DNA of 18,895 nt, from the sequence record PZ049716.1; one strand, written 5' to 3'. This DNA is from a phage. The number at the start of each line of letters is the position of its first letter. Position 1 is the first letter of the stretch. Made by a program: the position numbers and the translations under genes. Below, in pieces: positions 9,048-15,887 of the stretch. The notes below the pieces were generated by a model. It searched no databases, had not been told where the DNA came from, and worked only from the letters and a program-made list of their open reading frames with translations.

Positions 9048-9475
9048 CGTCTCCAGGGCGCGGGGAACACCTCGCGGCCGATCTTGGTGAAGGTGAGCAG
9101 CAGCGACTGAGCCGGGATCACCGCTTCATCGCCGTAGGTGGTCACCTGCTGCATGGCGCTGGCCATCTCCAGCAGTTCGTCGCGGGTCAGGCCAGCGGCA
9201 CCCTGAGTAGAGCGAAGGGTTTGTTCAAGCTGAGCAGTTACACGCTCCTGCTCGATGGTGGCGCTGATCACCGCCTTGTAAACGGCGCCGCCTGCAAAGG
9301 CAGCAACGACATTGCCGATGGTCTTGCCCAGCTTCTCCATATCGCGGCTGGACGACTGGGCCTGCTGGCCGTTGGCCTCGACGGCGCCCTCCAGCTGCTT
9401 CAGCTCACCGATCGCCTGCTGCAGATCGGCGCGGATGCGCATTGCCAGTTCGAGGTTCTTGCCTGCCAGAGCCAT
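9035..9475 (-). CDS. Tail tape measure protein, N-terminal segment (146 aa) separated from the main segment by an apparent frameshift
   Basis: ORF track; ...TRDELLEMASAMQQVTTYGDEAVIPAQSLLLTFTKIGREVFP is the first half of the same conserved core domain that continues in the 6576..9047 frame. Confidence 0.6.
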   Translation of the reverse strand: MALAGKNLELAMRIRADLQQAIGELKQLEGAVEANGQQAQSSSRDMEKLGKTIGNVVAAFAGGAVYKAVISATIEQERVTAQLEQTLRSTQGAAGLTRDELLEMASAMQQVTTYGDEAVIPAQSLLLTFTKIGREVFPAPWRRCSI

Positions 9476-9531
9476 GGGGTGCGGTCACATAGAGGGAATG
9501 TGCCGCCATGCTCGCGCGCGCGATGTGAGAT

Positions 9532-9552
9532 GTAATTTTGACGAGGCAAAAA
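9532..9552 (-). repeat. 21-bp motif copy A (plus-strand gtaattttgacgaggcaaaaa), 20/21 identical to copy B at 15483..15503
   Basis: Direct sequence comparison; both copies follow a minus-strand terminator hairpin and precede a late-gene start. Confidence 0.6.
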
Positions 9553-9572
9553 CAAACCGCCCGAAGGCGGTT
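9546..9572 (-). terminator. Intrinsic terminator-like hairpin between the chaperone frameshift product and the tape measure gene
   Basis: Minus-strand AACCGCC-TTCG-GGCGGTT stem-loop followed by TTTGTTTTTG. Confidence 0.5.
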
Positions 9573-9710
9573 GAGGCAGGCACCAGGGCGTTACCCCTGC
9601 TTATTTCCCCGCCGTCGTTTCTGGTATTGGCCGTCTGGCTCATACCGGCCCAGGAGGTTTACGGGGGCTTTGCTGTTCCTAACGCTGCACCGCACTTGCG
9701 GGCGCCTGCT

Positions 9711-9980
9711 TCACTTCTGCAGCAGCTTGAAGTGCTCGTTGGCTTCCTTGGCGCTTGCGCCTGCCTTGTTCATATCAATGAAGTTCTGGGCCCGCTCCAG
9801 GTTGCGGCGGCGGGTTTGGGCGTTGTAGTGCAGCAGGATCTGGCGTTGCGTCATACGGCCGATGCGCTCGGCATCGCCGTAACCGGCCGAGATCAGGACG
9901 GCGTAGACGTCGCTCCAGCGCGGCGCATGGCCCGCAGCCTTTCGCTGAGCAGTTGGCCCGCTGCACTGCGCACGAAAAAA
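9711..9980 (-). CDS. -1 frame extension of the tail assembly chaperone (GT-like fusion product)
   Basis: -1 frame is open from the slippery site to the stop at 9711; translation across the slip reads ...GPFF then RAQCSGPTAQRK...EHFKLLQK; arrangement mirrors lambda G/GT. Confidence 0.5.
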   Translation of the reverse strand, partial: FFRAQCSGPTAQRKAAGHAPRWSDVYAVLISAGYGDAERIGRMTQRQILLHYNAQTRRRNLERAQNFIDMNKAGASAKEANEHFKLLQK

Positions 9981-10342
9981 GGGCCGAGCACCCCCCACCA
10001 CACCAGCATCAGGTTGTGGCCACCCTCATGTCCCAGGCCTGCGACCCACTCGACGGGCTGATCACAGGCGGTGGCCATCAGCTGCGGTAGCGCGTCGGCA
10101 TGTTGCACCAGCAGATCCAGGATCTGCTCCAGGTCGGGCAACTCGCCCTCGGCCAGCACCGGCTTCAGGGTCTCGATCAACGGCGCATACAGCGGCCGCA
10201 GCTTGAGCCCCTCGACGAAGCCATACTCGCGCACCACCAACTGGCGACCGGCGATGGTGACCTCACGCTCCGGGTGGAGCACCTCCAGGTCATCGGCGCC
10301 AGGGGCGGCGACTGGCGCCGCCTCCTTTACCTTGCGCGCCAT
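9893..10342 (-). CDS. Tail assembly chaperone (lambda G-like), 149 aa
   Basis: Trimmed from track ORF 9893..10864 (its Arg-rich upstream part is the tail tube gene read out of frame). ATG at 10342 lies 2 nt after the tail tube stop; position between tube and tape measure; overlapping -1 frame ORF. Confidence 0.55.
   Translation of the reverse strand: MARKVKEAAPVAAPGADDLEVLHPEREVTIAGRQLVVREYGFVEGLKLRPLYAPLIETLKPVLAEGELPDLEQILDLLVQHADALPQLMATACDQPVEWVAGLGHEGGHNLMLVWWGVLGPFFVRSAAGQLLSERLRAMRRAGATSTPS
9974..9980 (-). other. Candidate -1 programmed ribosomal frameshift slippery heptamer T_TTT_TTC
   Basis: In the chaperone zero frame the codons are CCT TTT TTC; the -1 frame is open downstream for ~88 codons. 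Confidence 0.5.
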
Positions 10343-10344
10343 GC

Positions 10345-11082
10345 TTACTGATCCTGCCATTGCACGTTGCCGAAGCCGTGCATGCTGCTGCCGTTGGCGT
10401 TGGCCGGGTCGTACAGCACGCTGCCGGTCATGCTCAGCTGCCCGTACTCGTCGTGGATCAGGCCGAGGTCGCCGACCGGGTCGAAGCTGACGCGGTACAG
10501 GTCGAGCAGCACCGGGCGGTTGTTCTCGGTGTTGATGCCGTCCAGGAACAGCCAACGCTCGGGCGGCGTCTCGGCGAAGATGGACAGCGCCTGCGCAGCG
10601 GCGTAGCTGTAGGCGGCGCTGAACGGCGGGGTAACGCCGGCCAGATCCCCAAGGCGGATCAACCCGGCATTGGGCGACTCGACGGTATGCGGCACCGGGG
10701 TGCCGGCGCTGTCGGTGATCACCACACTGCTGACGAAGCCCTTGTCCAAGCGCACCAGGTCGCCCGCGACAATACCGGTGGGCAGAACCTCGCCCGTGGC
10801 CGAACCGGCGGTAACCGGCACCGACTTGCCGTGCAGGCCCAGGATCAGGTTCTCCAGAATCCATTCATCCAGCGCCAGGGTGATGTTGGCCGTCTTGCCA
10901 CGGCGCAGGCGGCCATACGGTAGACGATTGCCACTGAAAGACTCGGTCTTGTCGGTGGTCTCAGTCTGGAACTGCACCGAGCATTCCGGCGCGTTGCCCA
11001 CCCAGATGGACTTCACCAGCTTGCCCTGGGCCGAACGCTCGCCGAGGTAGATCTTGCCCTGGAAGGAAAAGAGATCAGACAT
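10345..11082 (-). CDS. Major tail tube protein (siphovirus type), 245 aa
   Basis: ORF track; AAGGAG Shine-Dalgarno upstream of ATG 11082; position after the head-tail joining genes and before the chaperone and tape measure genes. Confidence 0.6.
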   Translation of the reverse strand: MSDLFSFQGKIYLGERSAQGKLVKSIWVGNAPECSVQFQTETTDKTESFSGNRLPYGRLRRGKTANITLALDEWILENLILGLHGKSVPVTAGSATGEVLPTGIVAGDLVRLDKGFVSSVVITDSAGTPVPHTVESPNAGLIRLGDLAGVTPPFSAAYSYAAAQALSIFAETPPERWLFLDGINTENNRPVLLDLYRVSFDPVGDLGLIHDEYGQLSMTGSVLYDPANANGSSMHGFGNVQWQDQ

Positions 11083-11085
11083 GGG

Positions 11086-11277
11086 TTACTCCTTGGCCTG
11101 CGGCTGCTCAGAGCCGGCGATGACCTTGTTGGCGATCAGCCAATCCCGCTCTGCGGCATTGACGCGAATCTTGTCGCCCTTCTTGAACGGCTCACCCTTG
11201 TGGGTGTGCGGCTTCTCCAGGGTGACTTCTACGAGGGCCGGCCCGGCGGCCGGGGCGTTGCTGTTGCTCTTGCTCAT
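11086..11277 (-). CDS. Small hypothetical protein (63 aa), head-tail joining region
   Basis: Trimmed from track ORF 11086..11586; ATG at 11277 overlaps the gp37-like stop (ATGA); MSKSNSNAPAAGPALVEVTLEKPH... Confidence 0.45.
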   Translation of the reverse strand: MSKSNSNAPAAGPALVEVTLEKPHTHKGEPFKKGDKIRVNAAERDWLIANKVIAGSEQPQAKE

Positions 11278-11711
11278 GGGGTTACGCCTATGAAGTGTTG
11301 GGTCTGGTAAACATCCGTCCACAGCAGCGTGCTGGCGTCGTAGTCCAGCACGTCGCCCTGGAGGAACTGAAACGGCCGCCCGCCAATGATGTCCGGCGTC
11401 CAGCCCATCAGCGCGGCGCGCACCTTGCCGAGCAGCGGCGTCAGTTCCTCCACCGTCTCGGCACCTCGGGTGTCGCGGTAGTTGCGCACTGCCAAAACCA
11501 CCCCGACCGTGGCCATAGCACGCTGCCGGCCGGCCTTGGGCGCCTCGCCGTCGCCACGCTCGCGCACCAGCAACGCAAAGGCACAAGGGGTGCGGAAGTC
11601 GCGCAGGCTGGTCACCGCGCCGTACTCGGCCACGCCCTCGACGCTCTGCAGCTCGGGCACCTCGGCGCGCAGGCGGGCGATGACCAGGTTGATGTCGAAA
11701 GGGGCGCTCAT
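11274..11711 (-). CDS. Mu gp37-like head-tail joining protein
   Basis: ORF track; C-terminal pattern VRAALMGWTPD...LLWTDVYQTQHF matches the Mu gp37 family as I recall it. Confidence 0.55.
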   Translation of the reverse strand: MSAPFDINLVIARLRAEVPELQSVEGVAEYGAVTSLRDFRTPCAFALLVRERGDGEAPKAGRQRAMATVGVVLAVRNYRDTRGAETVEELTPLLGKVRAALMGWTPDIIGGRPFQFLQGDVLDYDASTLLWTDVYQTQHFIGVTP

Positions 11712-12226
11712 CAGAAGCTCCGGCGGCTTTTGCGGTCGAACACGGCCGGCGCCGAATCGAAGCGCACGTCGATGGTGCTCGGGTTGTTCTGGATGGGGTC
11801 CAGGGCGCCGAGGCTGAACTTGCCCTGAGCGATCAGCTCCAGGAATTTCAGCGCATCACGATAGGCGCGGACGATCGGGTCGTTGTCCTCGCGGCCTTGG
11901 CGATCCTTGTGCAGCAGATAGCGGGCGATATCGCGCACCCAGCCAGTCACCAGCTCTGGTACCGGGCTCAGTGGCAGGCCATAGCCGCGCCTCGCTAGGT
12001 AGCCATCCACCAGGCCCTCGGCCTGGCGCACGGCGTCTTCGATTCGTTGCAGGGCATCATCCGCCGAGGCCACCTGCGGTGCCGTCCAGGCGCTGCGATC
12101 GGCGCCGCGCAGGGTGGCCTCCATCAACTCGGCCGGCACGACTGCCAGGTGCGCAGCTGTGGCCACCTGGGCCAGCTCGCGAGCACCGGGGCGTTCTGCC
12201 AGTTGATCGGCGGTGATGTACTGCAT
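11711..12226 (-). CDS. Mu gp36-like protein (DUF1320)
   Basis: ORF track; MQYITADQLAERPGARELAQV...YGLPLSPVPELV...IARYLL fits the DUF1320 / Mu gp36 pattern. Confidence 0.6.
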   Translation of the reverse strand: MQYITADQLAERPGARELAQVATAAHLAVVPAELMEATLRGADRSAWTAPQVASADDALQRIEDAVRQAEGLVDGYLARRGYGLPLSPVPELVTGWVRDIARYLLHKDRQGREDNDPIVRAYRDALKFLELIAQGKFSLGALDPIQNNPSTIDVRFDSAPAVFDRKSRRSF

Positions 12227-12229
12227 GGG

Positions 12230-13018
12230 TTACTCCACGCGCTCGCCGACACGGCCGGAGAAGATGCCGCGCTCAACCTTGAGGTTGGGCTCGTTCTCCA
12301 GCTGCTCGATCTGCTCGGCCGTCAGGGCGTCCAGGGCGATGCCGAAGCCCTCGCGGGTGAAGCGAAAGCCGCAGCGGCGGAAGCCCTGCTCGGGAATCGC
12401 CACCACCCACAGCCCGTCGTAGTCGCCATCGTCGTCCAGGGCATCAACAGCATCAGTGGCACTGCCACCTGCAGGCGATGCCGCTGCCTGCGCCTCCGCA
12501 CCTGGTTGAGTCACAACGGCATCGCCCACAGACGCCTGGGGCGCGGCAGATGCCGGTTGGCTGGTGTCGGCCGCCTTATCAGGCGCGGCCGGGGCGGTAT
12601 CAGGGTCGCCAGTGGCCGGCGCAGGTGTCACCGCTAAGCCGATGCCCACCTTGGCCTCGATCTGGATAGCCAGTTGCTCAGGCGGCAACTCGGCAAAGCC
12701 CTCGATCTCGACGAACTGGCCGACCTGGCGCAGCAGCGGCTCATCGAGCTGCGACAGCGGGATCAGGTCGCCCAGGTTCTCCCCAGCAGCTTTGAGCTTG
12801 GCCAGATACGCGCCAATCTCATCACCGCCCAGGATCAAAACAGGGTGGGCTTCCTGCCCGCTCGAACCGGCGTCCGAGCCGGGTGCCTCGCTCTTGGCAG
12901 GTGCCGCCGGCTGGTTGTCCAGCTTTTCGGCGGCTGCAGGGGCAGCCGCTGGGGCTGCCTTATCTGCGCTCTTGGTGGGCGCCTTTGCAGGCGCCTTGGC
13001 GGTCGATTTATTAGCCAT
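12230..13018 (-). CDS. Ala/Pro/Lys-rich low-complexity protein (262 aa) following the major capsid gene
   Basis: ORF track; N-terminal KAPAKAPTKSADKAAPAAAPAAA repeats, acidic Ala/Pro-rich middle, structured C-terminal ~70 aa. Confidence 0.5.
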   Translation of the reverse strand: MANKSTAKAPAKAPTKSADKAAPAAAPAAAEKLDNQPAAPAKSEAPGSDAGSSGQEAHPVLILGGDEIGAYLAKLKAAGENLGDLIPLSQLDEPLLRQVGQFVEIEGFAELPPEQLAIQIEAKVGIGLAVTPAPATGDPDTAPAAPDKAADTSQPASAAPQASVGDAVVTQPGAEAQAAASPAGGSATDAVDALDDDGDYDGLWVVAIPEQGFRRCGFRFTREGFGIALDALTAEQIEQLENEPNLKVERGIFSGRVGERVE

Positions 13019-13029
13019 GCATCACCCCA

Positions 13030-13923
13030 TCAGGCCAGCCACGGGGTGACGAGCACGTCGACCACGTCGCGGTTGATGTTGGTGGCGCCGGCCGCGTTGC
13101 GCTCGGCCTTGACCACTTCCAGGGCAGTAGCACGCATGCTTGGCGGCACTACCAGCAGCTTCGGACGGATACCCAGCGGCCGCGCGTTGTCGCCCTTGAG
13201 TTCCTGCATGGCGGCATAGGCCGCGTTGAAGCTGTCGGCATCCAGCGCTTCCTTGGAGGCGTAGGCCAGCTGCCACAGGCCATAACCGACGTTCAGGCGT
13301 GCATCCACGCCCCACACGAACTCCTTGCGGTCGAACACGTTGGAGTCGGTCTCGCCGGTCTTGGAAACGAACTGATAGTTCTTGCGCTTCTGCAGGATGA
13401 TCGGCCGCATCATGCGAGTGACGTCCAGCAGGAACCACGCCGTACCGCTACCACCCTGGAAGTTGCTCACCGACGTTTCCTGGCCGTTGGCGCCGATCAC
13501 CGGGTGGTCGGTGTCGAAGAAGAACTGGCCGTCGTAGCACTTGCCGGTGAAACCGTTTTTCAGATGGGCATAAACCAGCTCGGCCGGGTGCTCCTTGGCG
13601 TCCTGGCCCAGTTGCGCCATCAGGGTGTTGTAGGTGCCGTACTGATCGTCCTCGATCGCCTCGCGGGGCACGCCCACGGTGTTCTCGAACGTCTTGTTCT
13701 TGATGCTGTAGTCATGCAGCGCCAGGTTCTGGATCACGCGGTCGCCCAGCCACTCACGGAAGCGGGTGGTAGCTCCCAGCCAGCCGTAGGTTTCGATGGC
13801 GGTGCCGGACTGCACTTCCATCACGATCTGGTCATAGTCGATCACTGCGCCCTGAAATGCGCCTTGGAACGACGCCTTATAGCCGGTGTGCAGGATGGAG
13901 AGGTTTTGCTTGTTGATGATCAT
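13030..13923 (-). CDS. Major capsid protein, Mu gpT-like
   Basis: ORF track; 297 aa, MIINKQNLSILHTGYKASFQGAFQ...; GGAG Shine-Dalgarno upstream; typical size and position after the protease/scaffold gene. Confidence 0.7.
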   Translation of the reverse strand: MIINKQNLSILHTGYKASFQGAFQGAVIDYDQIVMEVQSGTAIETYGWLGATTRFREWLGDRVIQNLALHDYSIKNKTFENTVGVPREAIEDDQYGTYNTLMAQLGQDAKEHPAELVYAHLKNGFTGKCYDGQFFFDTDHPVIGANGQETSVSNFQGGSGTAWFLLDVTRMMRPIILQKRKNYQFVSKTGETDSNVFDRKEFVWGVDARLNVGYGLWQLAYASKEALDADSFNAAYAAMQELKGDNARPLGIRPKLLVVPPSMRATALEVVKAERNAAGATNINRDVVDVLVTPWLA

Positions 13924-13937
13924 CTGAGTCTTGCTCC

Positions 13938-14345
13938 TTAGATCTCGACCCAGACGCCATCGCTATCCACATCGCGGATAACGCCGGCAACCGAGCGGGT
14001 GTTGGTGGCGGAGGTCTTAGCGACCGTCTGGTCGTCGACGATGTAGGCCGTGGCGCCGATATCGGCACGGGTGATCTCGTCGGCCGAGGCGCTGTTGACG
14101 AACGGGAACACGCCACGGCGGGTTTCCACGCGCAGATCACCAGCGGCACCGGCGGAGTTATCGACGTACTCCTGTGCAACCCCACGGGCTTTCAGGGTGG
14201 CGGAGGTGCTGCCCGGCACGGCGAAACCCGAGGCGTTGATGCACACCAGAGCACCAGCGAAAACCTTGGTGCTGCCGGCTACCGGGTCGGAGTACTGCAC
14301 GCCATCACGGCGCTTGGTGTTGCGGTCTTTGGTCAGCGCAGTCAT
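13938..14345 (-). CDS. DUF2190-like head structural / decoration-type protein (135 aa)
   Basis: ORF track; GAGGAG Shine-Dalgarno; glycine-rich beta-type pattern GVFPFVNSASADEITRADIGATAYIVDD...AGVIRDVDSDGVWVEI; sits between protease/scaffold and capsid genes. Confidence 0.45.
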   Translation of the reverse strand: MTALTKDRNTKRRDGVQYSDPVAGSTKVFAGALVCINASGFAVPGSTSATLKARGVAQEYVDNSAGAAGDLRVETRRGVFPFVNSASADEITRADIGATAYIVDDQTVAKTSATNTRSVAGVIRDVDSDGVWVEI

Positions 14346-14348
14346 GGC

Positions 14349-15452
14349 TTATTGCTCCTCGGCCTTGGCGGCCTTGAACTGTTCGGCGGTCAGGTTCATG
14401 CGCGAGCACACAGCCAGCTCGTCCTGAGTCAGCCCGGTTTTCTCGTCCGCCACCGGAGGCTCACCGCCAGTCTGGCTGCGGCTCAGCGCAGCAATCGGCT
14501 TCGCCTTGTCCAGGTAGGCAGTCAGCGCAGCGCGGTTGCTCTTGCCGAGGTCGCGTGCCCACTCTTCCATCGGTTTGGCCAGGCGGCCGTCTTCCAGGGC
14601 GGCGGTGATCTGGCTGTCGAGGTCCTTGTCATCACGCTCACCCAGGCGAGCGGTCAGCGCGGCGATCTCGGCTTGCATGCCCTCGATAGCCGACACCGGT
14701 ACGAACTTGGCGGGGTCAACAGAGGTAGCGGCCTTGGCCTTGAGGCCGGTGCAGGCTGCCAGCATGGCTTCGCCACCGGCCTTTTCATCCAGGCCCAGCA
14801 GCTTGCGCAGGTTGGTGGTGTGGGCGGAGAGCGCGGCGACTGCCTGCTCTTCGGTGGTGTTCTCGGCCAGGCCGAGGGCGGCGATCAGCGCCAGCAGCAA
14901 TTGGTTCACGGGGTTTTCCTCTGGGGAGTCATCGAAACAGCCGAACGACGCGGCGGCGCGCAGGCTGAGTTCCTGCATGCCGTCGATAGCCGGGGCATTG
15001 GTGAGCGCGCCCATCTGCACGTCCAGGACGTCGCCGGTGGTCGGGTGGTAAAGGAACACGGGGGAGAAATACTGGTACTCGCCCTCGGCGATGTACTGCG
15101 CGGCGCGGGCAGTCAGTTGCACCTGGGCAAACAGGCCTTCGCCCTCACGCCACTCCAGGGCCTGGTACCAACCTGCAGCTGGAGCGGGCTGGCCGTTCTC
15201 TTCCTTGAGCAGGGTCTGGTGTTCGTAGTCGACCACGCGCTTGTTCTTGCGAGCGTGGAAGCGCTCGATGACCTTGGTGGCCACTGCCTGGTTGATGTGC
15301 CAGGACGGCACCTTGATCTCGCGGCCATCTGCCGGCAGGAAATGGCCAGCCGGGGTCACCTGAACCCAGATGGTGTTGTCGGCAGCCGGCGCCCCCAGTA
15401 CGAAACTGCAGGCGGCGAGTGCAACGGCGAGAGGGAGGCGTTTTGTCTTCAT
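14349..15452 (-). CDS. Head maturation protease / scaffold protein, Mu I/Z-like
   Basis: Start trimmed to first ATG (MKTKRL...); VDYEHQTLLKEENGQPAPAAGWYQALEWREGEGLFAQVQLTARAAQYIAEGEYQYFSPVF matches the Mu gpI protease signature; C-terminal half is charged and helical, scaffold-like. Confidence 0.7.
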   Translation of the reverse strand: MKTKRLPLAVALAACSFVLGAPAADNTIWVQVTPAGHFLPADGREIKVPSWHINQAVATKVIERFHARKNKRVVDYEHQTLLKEENGQPAPAAGWYQALEWREGEGLFAQVQLTARAAQYIAEGEYQYFSPVFLYHPTTGDVLDVQMGALTNAPAIDGMQELSLRAAASFGCFDDSPEENPVNQLLLALIAALGLAENTTEEQAVAALSAHTTNLRKLLGLDEKAGGEAMLAACTGLKAKAATSVDPAKFVPVSAIEGMQAEIAALTARLGERDDKDLDSQITAALEDGRLAKPMEEWARDLGKSNRAALTAYLDKAKPIAALSRSQTGGEPPVADEKTGLTQDELAVCSRMNLTAEQFKAAKAEEQ

Positions 15453-15482
15453 GCCGGCAGCTTGGCGCTGCGGGCCGGGCAA

Positions 15483-15503
15483 GTAATTTTGACGGGGCAA
15501 AAA
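15483..15503 (-). repeat. 21-bp motif copy B (plus-strand gtaattttgacggggcaaaaa)
   Basis: Lies ~30 nt upstream of the protease/scaffold ATG and just downstream of the cassette terminator. Confidence 0.6.
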
Positions 15504-15529
15504 TCTCGCTGGCTGGCGAGGGCATTACG

Positions 15530-15561
15530 GCAGGAAATAAAGCCCGGCGTGAGGCCGGGCT
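15530..15561 (-). terminator. Intrinsic terminator ending the accessory cassette
   Basis: Minus-strand 8-bp GC stem (AGCCCGGC / GCCGGGCT, loop 5 nt) followed by TTATTT. Confidence 0.6.
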
Positions 15562-15569
15562 AGGGAGGG

Positions 15570-15887
15570 TCAGCGCACGCGCAGGGCGTGGTCGGCGGGG
15601 TAGTCCAGCAGGGCCAGGGTGTTGTGCAGGGCTTGATCGGCCAGCTCCTGCACTTTGTAGGCCTGCTGTTCCAGGTCGCCGGCCAGCACGTCCACCAGTT
15701 GGCACAGGTCGCTGCGCGACACATGGTCGAGCATGGCCGGGGTTTCGTCGCCTTCGGCATCCACCGGCAGCGGCACGGCCAGCAGTTGTTTCAGGGCGCT
15801 CAGGGCGCCCATGCGTTCGGCCAGGCGGCGCGCTGCAAAAGCGTTGATGGCCGCCACCTGGTCGGGGCGCAGCTCATGCAGGCTCAT
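15570..15887 (-). CDS. Acidic hypothetical protein (105 aa), no recognisable family; candidate accessory / anti-defence effector
   Basis: ORF track; ATG overlaps the stop of the Bro-N gene (ATGA at 15884-15887); about 16 Asp/Glu against 8 Lys/Arg; followed by a terminator. Confidence 0.5.
   Translation of the reverse strand: MSLHELRPDQVAAINAFAARRLAERMGALSALKQLLAVPLPVDAEGDETPAMLDHVSRSDLCQLVDVLAGDLEQQAYKVQELADQALHNTLALLDYPADHALRVR

Noticed and set aside
9893-10864. 323-aa minus-strand ORF as a single gene
   Set aside because: Its first ~170 codons are the tail tube gene read in another frame (Arg-rich nonsense); the real gene starts at the internal ATG 10342 just after the tube stop.
11086-11586. 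166-aa minus-strand ORF as a single gene
   Set aside because: The N-terminal ~100 codons overlap the gp37-like gene out of frame; only the last 63 codons, from the ATG overlapping the gp37-like stop, are plausible.
15452-15500. N-terminal extension of the protease/scaffold ORF to a TTG at 15500, and a signal-peptide-like segment in the first 25 residues
   Set aside because: The extension would start inside the repeated 21-bp motif; the first ATG (15452) is the simpler start. The hydrophobic N-terminus is short and followed by the conserved protease domain, so a secreted protein is unlikely.
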